Source: Terriglobia bacterium
Lineage (GTDB): Bacteria; Acidobacteriota; Terriglobia; Acidiferrales; UBA7541
Reading direction: 5' to 3'
DNA: 64,000 nt
Assembly: GCA_963695545.1 (NCBI GenBank)
Contig: OY968796.1
Span: 1,248,001-1,312,000 of the forward strand
Shown in pieces: positions 52,045 through 62,137 of the stretch. The notes under the pieces are model-generated. The model ran no database searches. It saw nothing but the letters and a program-made list of their open reading frames with translations, and was not told the origin of the DNA. Numbering within the stretch: the first letter of the stretch is position 1; each line of letters starts with the position of its first letter. Both the position numbers and the translations under genes were made by a program.

Positions 52045-52635
52045 ATGGACGGCTTCCTGAATTTAGAACTGCGGCACACGGGAGAAATTCTGCGAATGCG
52101 GCGAGAGCGTGACGCCGATGGGCAAACAGTTTTGATCATGGACGGCTCGTTGCCGCCAGGAACGAGCGGTCCGCCGGCTCACGTGCATTTCCATCAAAGT
52201 GAGGAAGGCACGGTGAAAGCGGGATCGCTTGGAGCCCGACTGGGAAAAGAGACGATTCGTGTGCCAGCCGGAGGATCCGCGGTGTTTCCGGCGGGGATCG
52301 TTCACGCTTGGTGGAACGCGGGGGACGATGTGCTGGAGTTGAGCGGACGGGCAGTTCCGGCGGATGATTTGGATCGGTACCTACAAGCGGTGTTCGCGGT
52401 TCTCAACGCCAGCCCGACCGGTAGGCCGTCAATCTTCTACATCGCGCACGTGGCCGGGCGGCATCGGCACACGCAGTCGATTGCTTCGCCGCCACGAGCT
52501 ATTCAGCGGATCATTTTTCCTCTGATTCTGTTCGTCGGCCGTGTTCTGGGCAAATACCGCGGAGACGACTGGCCCGGTTCGCCGACGTCGTGCACAGGCG
52601 CGCCGGAACCGGAAGAGGACGCGGTGCGCGTTTGA
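52045..52635 (+). CDS. Cupin domain protein
   Basis: PPAHVHFHQSE and PAGIVHAWWN cupin motifs. Confidence 0.85.
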   Translation: MDGFLNLELRHTGEILRMRRERDADGQTVLIMDGSLPPGTSGPPAHVHFHQSEEGTVKAGSLGARLGKETIRVPAGGSAVFPAGIVHAWWNAGDDVLELSGRAVPADDLDRYLQAVFAVLNASPTGRPSIFYIAHVAGRHRHTQSIASPPRAIQRIIFPLILFVGRVLGKYRGDDWPGSPTSCTGAPEPEEDAVRV

Positions 52636-52776
52636 GAGAGCGCTGCCACTCGGTAGGGGTGACGCGCGAGATAGCGCGGTGACGATTGCGGCCGGATGAC
52701 GAAGCATTTTGCTTTTCTGAAGTGACCAAACCACCTGTGGTGTCGAGAACCGCGTGATGGTCGAAAACCACGTAGA

Positions 52777-55332
52777 ATGAATGGACCTATGGCAGATGCT
52801 CCGGCAGTGAACGATCAGCAGGTTTTGGCTTTTATGGCTACGGCGCATAAGGCGCTGAGCTTGCGCGAGATCGCCGCGGCGATGGGAATTCGCCACGCGG
52901 GGCGGCGAGCATTGGGGAAGATTATTCCGCGGCTTGCGCGGCGCGGCGAACTCGTGGAGATCCGCAACGGGCGGTACAAGCTGGCGGACGAGCACGGATC
53001 GAAGCAAGACAAGAAAGATAAATCAGACGGACACGATCGAGCGCAGCGCGGCGCGCCGTCTGGTCAAACTTCAGCCGCACGAAAAACTCCTAACCAATCG
53101 ATGCGCTCCGCGCAGTCCGGCGAAGCAGTGCGTCCCGCGCAGGGCGGGCAGTCCGGTCACGTCAATCTCTCCAATGTCATCGAGGGGCGGCTTGTGGCGC
53201 ACCGCGATGGATATGGATTCGTGGTTCCATCAAAACCCGTGCCGGGGATGGAAGGCGACCTATTTATCGGCGCGGGACGGATGGGGGATGCGATGCACGG
53301 CGATCGCGTGCTGGCGCGCATCGATCGCGGGCGAAATCGGGCGGGCGGCGCGCGGCAGGAAGGCTCGATTGTGCGCGTGGTGGATCGCGCGCACGCGACG
53401 ATCGTGGGAATTTTCCGCTACGGCGCGAGCGGAAACAGCGTCGCGCCATACGAATCGCGATTGCAGCAGGAGATTGTGATTCCGCCGGGTGCGGAACTGA
53501 CGGCGGATTTGCGCGCGAAACTTGGGCCGCAGCCGCCGCGGCGCGGCGTGCGCTTGCCGGAACTCGACGGCGCGGTGGTGAACGTGGAGCTGACGCGATT
53601 TCCGCAAGGCGGCGTGGCGGCCGCGGGCCGCGTGATTGAAATTCTGGGGCGGCCGGGCGAAATGGGCGTCGATACCGAGATCATGATTCGGAAGCATCAC
53701 CTGCCGCACCAATTTCCTGAAGAAGTTCTGGAGGAAGCGCGCGCGGTAGCGCAACCGGTGGGAGAAGCGGAGCGCGCGGGGCGCGAAGATTTCCGCGAGT
53801 TGCCGATCGTGACGATCGACGGCGAGACGGCGCGGGATTTCGACGACGCCGTGTACGTGCGGCCGCTCGAGAACGGGCGTTGGGAATTGCAGGTGCACAT
53901 CGCCGACGTGGCGCACTACGTGCGGCGCGATTCGCTGCTGGATGCGGAGGCGCGGCTGCGCGGAACTTCGGTGTATTTTCCGGATCGCGCTGTGCCCATG
54001 CTGCCTGAGGATTTGTCGAACAATATTTGCTCGCTGCGCCCGCACGAAGAACGCCTGGTGATGAGCGTGGTGATGGAAATCGGCGCGCAAGGTGAGATTT
54101 TTTCGACGCGCATCGCGCCGGGACTGATTCGCTCGGCCGATCGCATGACGTATACGCTGGTGCACGCGGTGCTTGAGGGCGATCCGGACGCGTCGGAGCG
54201 TTATGCGCACATGAAGCTGCATTTCCAGCACATGCGCGACCTGGCGATGATTCTGAACGCGCGGCGCGTGCGCATGGGCTCGATCGATTTCGATTTGCCC
54301 GAGGCGGTGATCGAATTCAACGACGCGGGGCAAATGATCGGCATCGCGCGCAGCGAGCGCAACATCGCGCATCGCATTATTGAGGAGTTCATGTTGGCGG
54401 CCAATCAAGCCGTGGCGCGCTACCTCGATAAATTGGGCGTGGGGTCGCTGCATCGCGTGCACGAAAAGCCCGATCCGAAACGCGTGCTCGAATTCGAGGA
54501 GTTGGCCCACGCGTTCGGCTATTCGCTGGGCGTCGAAGGGCTGACGGAAAAGCAAATTACGGTGCGGCATGGCGCCGCGCCCGCGCATCGCGGCGAGCGC
54601 GGCAAGCGGCGGCATGGCCGGGACGGCGGCGGCCGGGAAAAGCCGATGACGGTGACGCTGCCCAGCTCGCAGGACATCGACATTCGGCCGCAGCATTACC
54701 AGTTGCTGACGGCGCGCATCGCGGGCAAGCCCGAGGAGCGCATCCTTTCTTACTTGATGCTGCGCTCGCTGAAGCAAGCGCGCTATTCGCCGGATTCGCT
54801 GGGGCACTTCGCGCTGGCGTTCGATCAGTACACGCATTTCACTTCGCCGATACGCCGCTATCCGGATTTGATCGTGCATCGCATTTTGAAGTGGGCGCTG
54901 CGGCAGGGAGCCACTGGCGCGCGCGCGGTGGGCGGGCCGTATTCGCCGGGCGAACTCGATGCGATCGCGAGGGAAACTTCCGAGCTCGAACGGCGCGCCG
55001 AAGCCGCTGAGCGCGAGCTGAAGAGTTGGAAGACGGCGCAATTCATGGAGCAGCATCTGGGCGAAGAGTTCGACGCGTTGATCGTTTCCGTGCAGAAGTT
55101 CGGATTCTTCGTGGAGCTGGTCGAGATGTTCGTCGAAGGTTTGGTGCCCATAAATCGCCTGGAAGCGACGACGGGCGAGCGTTGTCTTTATCGCGAATCC
55201 GATCGCACGATCACCTGCGGGCGGCCCGGCGGGCGGCGCACGCGCGTGTGGCGGTTGGGGGATCGCATTCGCGTGCGCGCGGAGCGTATCGATCCGCTTT
55301 CGCGGCGCGTGGAATTTTCGCAGATCGACTGA
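52777..55332 (+). CDS. rnr: Ribonuclease R
   Basis: N-terminal HTH, HRDGYGFV, TIDGETARDFDDA, HFTSPIRRYPDL, S1 domain. Confidence 0.95.
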   Translation: MNGPMADAPAVNDQQVLAFMATAHKALSLREIAAAMGIRHAGRRALGKIIPRLARRGELVEIRNGRYKLADEHGSKQDKKDKSDGHDRAQRGAPSGQTSAARKTPNQSMRSAQSGEAVRPAQGGQSGHVNLSNVIEGRLVAHRDGYGFVVPSKPVPGMEGDLFIGAGRMGDAMHGDRVLARIDRGRNRAGGARQEGSIVRVVDRAHATIVGIFRYGASGNSVAPYESRLQQEIVIPPGAELTADLRAKLGPQPPRRGVRLPELDGAVVNVELTRFPQGGVAAAGRVIEILGRPGEMGVDTEIMIRKHHLPHQFPEEVLEEARAVAQPVGEAERAGREDFRELPIVTIDGETARDFDDAVYVRPLENGRWELQVHIADVAHYVRRDSLLDAEARLRGTSVYFPDRAVPMLPEDLSNNICSLRPHEERLVMSVVMEIGAQGEIFSTRIAPGLIRSADRMTYTLVHAVLEGDPDASERYAHMKLHFQHMRDLAMILNARRVRMGSIDFDLPEAVIEFNDAGQMIGIARSERNIAHRIIEEFMLAANQAVARYLDKLGVGSLHRVHEKPDPKRVLEFEELAHAFGYSLGVEGLTEKQITVRHGAAPAHRGERGKRRHGRDGGGREKPMTVTLPSSQDIDIRPQHYQLLTARIAGKPEERILSYLMLRSLKQARYSPDSLGHFALAFDQYTHFTSPIRRYPDLIVHRILKWALRQGATGARAVGGPYSPGELDAIARETSELERRAEAAERELKSWKTAQFMEQHLGEEFDALIVSVQKFGFFVELVEMFVEGLVPINRLEATTGERCLYRESDRTITCGRPGGRRTRVWRLGDRIRVRAERIDPLSRRVEFSQID

Positions 55333-55356
55333 GGCAGAAAAACTCGAGGAGACGCC

Positions 55357-55713
55357 ATGGCCAGCAAGTGTCCGCATTGCATGTCGAAAGTTCCGATGGG
55401 CCTCGTCTTGTCGCATTCCTACGGAATGGAATGTCCGCATTGCCACACGCGTCTTGAGGTCTCGGACGGCGGGCGGTACGTGGCGGCGTTTGCGGGATTG
55501 GCGGCGGCCACGGTGGTGTATCGCTTTGCGCGGATTTCGACGGGACTGCTGGGGTGGGCGCTGGCGATTGTGTACGCGATCATCGCGTTCGGCGTGATCT
55601 CGCCGCTGGTGCTGATGCGGGTGGCGGATTTGCAGACGGCGCAGCCGGAGCCGGAACCAACCGGCCACGGCGGGGCGGCGCCGGCGGCTAGCCATGGCTC
55701 GGGGCACCATTAA
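55357..55713 (+). CDS. Zinc-ribbon (CPHC-x17-CPHC) membrane protein
   Basis: GAGGAG RBS; two CxxC motifs followed by two TM helices. Confidence 0.75.
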   Translation: MASKCPHCMSKVPMGLVLSHSYGMECPHCHTRLEVSDGGRYVAAFAGLAAATVVYRFARISTGLLGWALAIVYAIIAFGVISPLVLMRVADLQTAQPEPEPTGHGGAAPAASHGSGHH

Positions 55714-55883
55714 TTTTCGTGAGCGAGGCGCGCGGCTCATCTGGAAATTTCATGCGCTCGGGCGTTAGCGGAATGGAGCGCGCAAGCGTCTGAATAAGCG
55801 CAGCTTAGTACCGAAGGACCAGTGAGGCGACCTGGCCCTATCGTACTATTGAGCCGTTCCAAATCGCGGCTCACACTGCTGGC

Positions 55884-56198
55884 ATGGCGCAATATGGCAA
55901 ATTGCTCGGCCAGCGTGTGGAGGTCGAGTATAGGGCCGGCGACGTGCTGCTGGCGGCCACGGGCAAGCTGGCGGCTGATTCGGGGAAGTCCATTTTTCTG
56001 GAAGACTGCTCGGAACTAAAGGGGCAGGTTAAAACGTATCGCTGGGAAATTCCCTATCCTTGCATACTGTCGGTGGATCGCTCGTTTGCGCCCGAGCCTG
56101 TGAAGGCAATGGAGCATTCAGCCGCGCCGGACGACGCGGAGTCCGAGCAGGCCAATTCCCGCGCGGCAGTTCTGAAGCGCAGTCCGCAACAAATCTAA
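55884..56198 (+). CDS. Small hypothetical protein (possible Sm/SH3-like beta-barrel)
   Basis: 104-aa ORF filling the gap between genes; beta-strand pattern LLGQRVEVEY..TGKL...IFLE..EIPY. Confidence 0.65.
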   Translation: MAQYGKLLGQRVEVEYRAGDVLLAATGKLAADSGKSIFLEDCSELKGQVKTYRWEIPYPCILSVDRSFAPEPVKAMEHSAAPDDAESEQANSRAAVLKRSPQQI

Positions 56199-56309
56199 AT
56201 CCTCGCGTAAGTCCTCCAACGCCGCAGATTGCTGCGGGATTCCAATTGTCGTCGTGTTCCGGCCGAGGCTCGGCTAAAATCGGACGCTGCCGTTTGCGAG
56301 GAGCGATCC

Positions 56310-57179
56310 GTGAAACCAACTGTGGGATTTATCGGCTTGGGACTGATGGGGCGCCCGATGGCGCTGAATCTTTTGAAGGCGGGGTATGCGCTGACGGTGT
56401 GGAATCGCACGCGCGCGCGGGCCGAGGACGTGGTGGCGGCGGGAGCGACGCTGGCCGCGACGCCACGCGAAACCGCTGCGGGCGCGGACGTGCTGTTCAT
56501 GATCGTGAGCGATCCGCCGGCGGTGGAAGCGGTGCTGTGGGGCGCGGACGGGGCGCTGGCGGGATTGCGCAAAGGAAGCGTGCTGGTGGATTCGAGCACA
56601 GTCTCGCCGGATCTCGCACGGCGGAGCGCGGCGGCCTGCGCCGAGCGTGGCGTGGAGTATCTGGATGCGCCGGTGACGGGCGGAACGTGGGGCGCGGAAA
56701 AAGGCGAGTTGGTGTTCATGGTGGGCGGCGCTGCGGCGACGCTCGCGCGCGTGGAGCCGTTGCTCGGAGCGATGGGCAAGAAATGGTTTCTGTTGGGGCC
56801 GAATGGCGCGGGGCAAACGATCAAGCTGGCGATGAATCTGATATTGGCGCTGGAAGTGGAGGCGCTGGCGGAGGCGCTGGCGATCGTGAAGGCCGCGGGC
56901 CTTCCGGGCGAGCGGCTGGTGGAAGTGATGCAATCGAGCATGGGGCGCGCACCGGTGCTCGACGTGAAGGCGCCGGTGATGTTGTCGGGCGATTACAAGG
57001 CTAGTTTTCCGCTGCGGCTGATGTACAAGGACGTCGCGCTGGCGATGGATCTTGCGGGCGAACTTAAGATTACACTGCCGGCCGGAGCCGCGGCGCGCGA
57101 CACTTACGGCGCGGTGCGGCGGACGTCGAGTGACGATCCGGACTACGCGGCGGTTGCGCGGTTCTGGGCGAAGCGCTGA
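56310..57179 (+). CDS. NAD(P)-dependent beta-hydroxyacid dehydrogenase
   Basis: GTG start with GAGGAG RBS; GFIGLGLMGRPMA, LDAPVTGG, GQTIKL, KDVALA. Confidence 0.92.
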   Translation: MKPTVGFIGLGLMGRPMALNLLKAGYALTVWNRTRARAEDVVAAGATLAATPRETAAGADVLFMIVSDPPAVEAVLWGADGALAGLRKGSVLVDSSTVSPDLARRSAAACAERGVEYLDAPVTGGTWGAEKGELVFMVGGAAATLARVEPLLGAMGKKWFLLGPNGAGQTIKLAMNLILALEVEALAEALAIVKAAGLPGERLVEVMQSSMGRAPVLDVKAPVMLSGDYKASFPLRLMYKDVALAMDLAGELKITLPAGAAARDTYGAVRRTSSDDPDYAAVARFWAKR

Positions 57180-57313
57180 GCGGGCCGCGGCGGCGTTCCA
57201 CTGCGGCACGCTGGTTGTTTTCCACGCGCGCGCGCGGTTGCCGACCGAGCGCGGGAATGGAATAATGCATCATCCGCGAACGGAATCCGCGCACACGCAG
57301 GGAGGACCCCGGA

Positions 57314-57604
57314 ATGGAAGCGAAGAAACTCAGCGAAAAAGGATTGGCCACGGCGCTTAAGGGATTGGCAGGTTGGACGATTGTCGACGGCACACTGCGC
57401 CGCGCATTTGAGTTTAAGGATTTTTCGGAGGCATTCGGATTCATGACGCGGGTTGCGATGGCTGCGGAATCCATGAATCATCATCCGGATTGGTCGAACT
57501 CCTGGAACCGCGTGAAGATTGAACTGGTGACCCACAGCGCCGGCGGCATCACGCCGAACGACATCGATCTGGCGCACCAAATCAATAAAATTTCCGGCTT
57601 CTGA
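57314..57604 (+). CDS. phhB: Pterin-4-alpha-carbinolamine dehydratase
   Basis: FKDFSEAFGFM, NHHPDW, THSAGGIT. Confidence 0.92.
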   Translation: MEAKKLSEKGLATALKGLAGWTIVDGTLRRAFEFKDFSEAFGFMTRVAMAAESMNHHPDWSNSWNRVKIELVTHSAGGITPNDIDLAHQINKISGF

Positions 57605-58800
57605 TGCCCGTACAAATCGTCAAGCGCCGCTCGCGCGGCTTTATTTGCGTGAACGCTCACCCGGAAGGGTGCCGGCGCAACGTGGAGCGATGGGCGGAGG
57701 CGGTGCGCGAGCGCACGAAACCCGCGGCGCGTCCGCCGCGGAACGTGTTGGTGATCGGGGCGTCGACCGGGTACGGATTGGCGTCGCGCATCGTGGCGGC
57801 GTTCGGCTACGAAGCGAGAACGCTCGGCGTGTTTTTCGAGCGCGCACCCGAAGGCGATAAGACCGGAACGGCGGGACATTACAACACTGTGGCGTTCCAC
57901 GCGCTCGCCGGGGCCGCGAATATTTTCGCCGCGAGCCTGAATGGCGACGCCTTTGGCGTGGAAGCGAAGCGCGCGGCGGCGGAGATCGTGCGCAAGCAGA
58001 TGGAGCCGCTTGATCTGGTGATTTACAGCCTGGCTTCGCCGAAGCGCACCAATCCGGATACGGGCGTGACGCATTCGTCGGCGCTCAAGCCGACCGGGCT
58101 GCCGTTCACGAATAAAACCGTCGAGCTCGATTCAGAAAAAGTCACGCCGGTGACGCTGGCTCCCGCAAGCGACGCGGAAATCGCAGACACCATCGCCGTG
58201 ATGGGCGGGGACGATTGGCGGCGCTGGATCGAGATGCTGCTCGAAGAAAAATTGCTGGCCGACGGCGCGAGGACGATCGCCTATTCGTACATCGGGCCGG
58301 AATTGACCTGGCCGATTTATCGCGACGGCACCATCGGCCTGGCAAAGAAAGATTTGGAAAACACCGCGCACTCGCTGGACGCGCTGCTGCGCGCGCGGTG
58401 CGGCGGGCAAGCGCAAATTTCGGTGAACAAGGCTGTCGTCACGCAGGCATCGGCGGCGATTCCCGTCGTGCCGCTGTATCTCAGCTTGTTGCCGCCGGCG
58501 CTCGCGCGTCGCGATTCGGAGGAAGGGCCGCTTGAGCAGATGGAGCGGCTGTTCGCCAACTTCATCGCCACCGACACGCCCGCGCCGCTCGATGCGGCGG
58601 GGCGAATTCGATTGGACGATCGCGAGCTGCGGCCCGAGGTGCAGGCGGAAATTATGTCGCTGTGGCCGCAGATCACCACGGAAAATCTCCGCGCGCTCAC
58701 GGATTTCGCGGGCTTTCAGCGCGAGTTTCGGCGCCTGTTTGGCTTTGAAGTCGAAGGCGTGGATTACGACGAGCCGGTTGAAACCGATCTTAGTTGGTAA
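57604..58800 (+). CDS. fabV: Enoyl-ACP reductase FabV / trans-2-enoyl-CoA reductase
   Basis: AHPEGC, GASTGYGLASRI, YSLASPKR, YSYIGP..PIY..GTIG.AK, FGFEVEGVDY. Confidence 0.93.
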   Translation: MPVQIVKRRSRGFICVNAHPEGCRRNVERWAEAVRERTKPAARPPRNVLVIGASTGYGLASRIVAAFGYEARTLGVFFERAPEGDKTGTAGHYNTVAFHALAGAANIFAASLNGDAFGVEAKRAAAEIVRKQMEPLDLVIYSLASPKRTNPDTGVTHSSALKPTGLPFTNKTVELDSEKVTPVTLAPASDAEIADTIAVMGGDDWRRWIEMLLEEKLLADGARTIAYSYIGPELTWPIYRDGTIGLAKKDLENTAHSLDALLRARCGGQAQISVNKAVVTQASAAIPVVPLYLSLLPPALARRDSEEGPLEQMERLFANFIATDTPAPLDAAGRIRLDDRELRPEVQAEIMSLWPQITTENLRALTDFAGFQREFRRLFGFEVEGVDYDEPVETDLSW

Positions 58801-58890
58801 GGCGCGCTTGAGGTCTCCGCGCGGCGCGCTTCCCTTGTAGCGTTTCATCACTCCTTTCATCTAATTGATAGGCGTAGATTTAGCGGCGCT

Positions 58891-58918
58891 TGAAATATTC
58901 GGGCCGCTCATTCGTCTA
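58891..58918 (+). promoter_or_regulatory. Probable autoregulatory ECF promoter
   Basis: TGAAAT-N16-CGTCTA ending 9 nt before the ECF sigma ATG. Confidence 0.55.
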
Positions 58919-58927
58919 CAGAGGCAT

Positions 58928-59515
58928 ATGGAGCAGGCAGCACTGAGCGTGGCGTTGACCGCCGAACAAGATCAGCGGATCACCGAGACGGTCGAGCGCG
59001 AACGGGCGCGGCTGCGCAATTTCATTCGCAGGCGCGTGGCCGACGCCGCTGACGCCGACGACATTCTGCAGGAGGTCTTCTACGAACTGGTGGAGGCCTA
59101 CCGGTTGATGCAGCCGCTCGAGCAAGTGAGTGCGTGGCTGTTTCGCGTGGCGCGGAATCGGATTACGGATTTGTTCCGGAAGAAAAAACCTGTGGCGTTT
59201 GCGAGCGATCCGGTCGCATTCGCCGAGGATGGCGAACCGTTTTCGTTCGAGGATCTGCTGCCATCGCCGGACGCCGGACCGGAAGCAGTCTACGCGCGGA
59301 ACGTGCTGCTCGAAGAATTCGAGGCCGCCGTGGATGAATTGCCGCCAGAGCAGCGCGAAGTGTTCATCGCGCACGAAGTCGAAGGGCGCAGCTTCAAAGA
59401 GCTTGCGGCCGAAACCGGCTTGAGCGTGAACACGCTGCATTTGAGGAAACATTACGCGGTGCTGCAACTGCGCGAGCGACTGCAGGCTGTTTACGACGAG
59501 TTCATGAAAGCTTGA
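58928..59515 (+). CDS. ECF-type sigma70 factor
   Basis: DDILQEVF, WLFRVARNRITD, LPPEQREVF...SFKELA...SVNT. Confidence 0.92.
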   Translation: MEQAALSVALTAEQDQRITETVERERARLRNFIRRRVADAADADDILQEVFYELVEAYRLMQPLEQVSAWLFRVARNRITDLFRKKKPVAFASDPVAFAEDGEPFSFEDLLPSPDAGPEAVYARNVLLEEFEAAVDELPPEQREVFIAHEVEGRSFKELAAETGLSVNTLHLRKHYAVLQLRERLQAVYDEFMKA

Positions 59516-59525
59516 GGAGGAAAAA

Positions 59526-59870
59526 ATGAGAGGCCGATGGATTTTGAGAGGATTGAAAATCGTAGCGATCGTGGTGGTGGTCGGAACCGTGCTCAGCTAT
59601 GTGACCATGCGCCTGTGGAACTGGCTGACACCGGCGCTGTTTGGCTGGCACTTGATTACGTTCTGGCAAGCGTTGGGCGTGCTGATCTTGAGCAAGATTC
59701 TGTTCGGCGGACTCCGCGGCCGGCCGGGCTCGCGCTGGCGGCGCCGCATGGCCGAGCGCTGGGAACAGATGACTCCCGAGGAGCGCGAGAAGTTCCGCCA
59801 AGGGATGCGCGGGCGCTGCGGCCCGTTTGGATCTGCGACGCCCGCGGCAGAGTCCGCGCCGAAGGTCTGA
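59526..59870 (+). CDS. Small membrane protein co-transcribed with the ECF sigma factor
   Basis: GAGGAGG RBS; LWNWLTPALFG, ITFWQALG, MTPEEREKF. Confidence 0.8.
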   Translation: MRGRWILRGLKIVAIVVVVGTVLSYVTMRLWNWLTPALFGWHLITFWQALGVLILSKILFGGLRGRPGSRWRRRMAERWEQMTPEEREKFRQGMRGRCGPFGSATPAAESAPKV

Positions 59871-59893
59871 ATCGAATTAACGAGGCAACGAAC

Positions 59894-59924
59894 ACGCCTA
59901 TCGGCCGTTAGGGCCGATAGGCGT
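59894..59924. terminator. 13-bp hairpin between convergent genes
   Basis: ACGCCTATCGGCC-GTTAG-GGCCGATAGGCGT; no clear U-tract. Confidence 0.55.
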
Positions 59925-59940
59925 CCCGCAAATGGCGGTG

Positions 59941-61344
59941 TCAGCTTCTCAAGTTGGTCGCAGGATCTCGGCCGAGCCGCGTGCCGCGCCAGTAGAGGTA
60001 CGCGCCGACGGCATTCGTGGCGCAGATCGACGCGATCACTTTGATCGCGAAGAGCGCGCGGCTGGCTACATCACCGACAGGCACAATATTAAAAATCAAC
60101 GAGATCAAAGCGACCGCGAAACCAGAGAGCGCCCCGAGCCGGACGCCCTGGCCTGGGTGCCAACCGCGCGATCGAAAACCGAATAGGACCACGCCGAACA
60201 GCAGCAGATACGTGATGCAAAGCGATCCAACATCCACGGACGCGCCGACCTGAACAGCCTCCTGATTTCCCGCGCCGAGCAAACTGAGTAGTCCCAGAAA
60301 CATCAGGGTGATGGTCACCGCGCCGATCGCGCGCGATGGCGTGCGAAATTTCGGATGCAGCGTGCTCCACCAGCGCGGCAAGAGGCCGTCCCATCCGGCA
60401 ACCATGGGCAAGCGCGCAACCATTCCGACACAGATGACCATACTGGCCAGAAAGGAAATGTCGAAAGCGCCGGCCACGAGCACGGTGAGCGCTCTGCCGA
60501 ATCCGGTGACGCCGAAGCCGGCCTGCATCACCTGGGGCAGAGCGGCGGACACGTCTACTTTGGCGGGAGCGATATAGGACAAGACGGCGCTGGTTCCCAG
60601 AATGTACATCAAGGCGATCAACGGTGCGGCGATGAGCACGGAACGCGCGACGTCGTTTTCGGGCTTGCGGCATTCTTCGGAGAAAACCGCGGAGCTGTCG
60701 AAGCCAGAGAGCGCTCCGACGGCCATTTTGGCGAAGACGGCGAGCGTGAGGACGGAGAAGGCCGGCCAAGCTATGGAAAAAGAACTGCGCGCGGAGGGCG
60801 CCGCTGTGGCCCACGCCTTTATCAAGACACAGAGCAACGCCAGGAACGTCGCGAACGTCAGGAGCGCTCCGGCATTGCTCCACCATTTGGCGAGGCGCAA
60901 TCCGCGCACATTAAAAACGTAGGCGATCACACAAGCGATGGCGGTTAAGGTCAGCGCGAACAGCGTGCTGGTCAACATCCAAGAATCGTTCGGTCCAGCC
61001 GCGTAGAAGAAGCCGTTTGCGAGGAACGAACCGATGGTCGCAAAAGCAGCAATCACGTAAATCGTGAGATTCCAGGCGGCCATGTATCCCGCAAACGGCG
61101 AGAGTCCTTCCTTGATCCACTGATATGCGCCGCCTTCGACGGGCATGGCGCGGCTCAACTTCATCACGATGGCCGCGAGCGGCAAATAGAACAGAAAAAT
61201 TGCGAGCAGCCACAGCGCAATTTCGGACGAACCTTGCTTCGCGGCAAATCCAGCCCAACCGAGCCAGACGATCAGGGCAACCTGCATCGGGACGAGATCG
61301 CGCAGCCGCAGTTCGCGTCTCAGGCCGTGATTTGTGGTTTCCAT
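59941..61344 (-). CDS. APC-family amino acid permease
   Basis: LRRELRLRDL, PVEGGAYQW, SEECRKPENDVARS, about 12 TM helices. Confidence 0.88.
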   Translation of the reverse strand: METTNHGLRRELRLRDLVPMQVALIVWLGWAGFAAKQGSSEIALWLLAIFLFYLPLAAIVMKLSRAMPVEGGAYQWIKEGLSPFAGYMAAWNLTIYVIAAFATIGSFLANGFFYAAGPNDSWMLTSTLFALTLTAIACVIAYVFNVRGLRLAKWWSNAGALLTFATFLALLCVLIKAWATAAPSARSSFSIAWPAFSVLTLAVFAKMAVGALSGFDSSAVFSEECRKPENDVARSVLIAAPLIALMYILGTSAVLSYIAPAKVDVSAALPQVMQAGFGVTGFGRALTVLVAGAFDISFLASMVICVGMVARLPMVAGWDGLLPRWWSTLHPKFRTPSRAIGAVTITLMFLGLLSLLGAGNQEAVQVGASVDVGSLCITYLLLFGVVLFGFRSRGWHPGQGVRLGALSGFAVALISLIFNIVPVGDVASRALFAIKVIASICATNAVGAYLYWRGTRLGRDPATNLRS

Positions 61345-61438
61345 AATGAGCGCGCGAATCATGCGCAATGACTTCGAGCGCTTGATTTCAGATCCGCGGG
61401 GACGAACGAGGGCACAAGGGCTGTGCCAAGATCAAAAG

Positions 61439-61837
61439 CTACGCGAGTTCTTCCAAGGTGAACCGGTTATATTTTTCCGCGAACTTTAAACCTACAGGCT
61501 TTACGATAGCGATGGCGCGTGCGGCGTCTTCATCCTTCGGGGCATGGAGAACAAGAAATCCGCAGCCTTGTCTCGCAAGCACGAAATATTCATCGACCTT
61601 GGCGGCTTCCTGACCGATCTGCATAGGGCTCGCGGAATGCTCCTCGCTTTTAACCAGCTCCGCCATCACATCAGCGTTCTTGTAATGCGTAACGTCGTCC
61701 GCGGCGAATCCTCCGGCGATCAGCAATTGCCGCGCCCGCTCGGCGTCGGCATCGTTTGCGAAAGCCATCACCACGTGTCCGGTCGGGCTAAATACTCCAA
61801 ACGACTCTGGGAATCGCACCTTCGAGCCTTTTGTCAT
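61439..61837 (-). CDS. Hypothetical protein
   Basis: 132-aa ORF with GGAG RBS; FGVFSPTGHVVMAF. Confidence 0.7.
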   Translation of the reverse strand: MTKGSKVRFPESFGVFSPTGHVVMAFANDADAERARQLLIAGGFAADDVTHYKNADVMAELVKSEEHSASPMQIGQEAAKVDEYFVLARQGCGFLVLHAPKDEDAARAIAIVKPVGLKFAEKYNRFTLEELA

Positions 61838-62092
61838 TAATGACTCCAGTCGGAATTAAAATTGTCGCTCGCTTCACGTGGTACAAAAAAGATCCCGGTC
61901 AAGTTAATCGCTTGGGCCGAGAAACGCTCCTTCTCATAGGAAGGGGCGCGGCCATTTTGGCTCACTCCTCGGAAGCTCGCACGTTATTTTTTTGTGGCCG
62001 GCAGCATGCGCTCGGCGTGCCTTCGACTTCACGCTCGAACCCACGGCGCTAGAGTTCAGTGAACCTGGCGAATACAAGTCAGCCGGATTGAA

Positions 62093-62137
62093 TGGTAGGC
62101 CCGTGGGGACTCGAACCCCAGACCTCTACCGTGTCAA
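62093..62137 (-). mobile_element. att site: 45-bp 3' fragment of tRNA-Val(GAC)
   Basis: Reverse complement TTGACACGGTAGAGGTCTGGGGTTCGAGTCCCCACGGGCCTACCA = anticodon loop to CCA; 5' half absent. Confidence 0.85.

Noticed and set aside
48917..55740. Long minus-strand ORFs (741 aa and 826 aa) and similar ones at 21876-23726 and 7346-8971
   Set aside because: Antisense shadows of better-supported plus-strand genes in high-GC DNA; no motifs
61411..61429. Sigma54 promoter upstream of the third APC permease (TGGCAC-N5-TTGT, minus strand)
   Set aside because: Lacks the -12 GC and is equally explained as a small hairpin after the upstream gene
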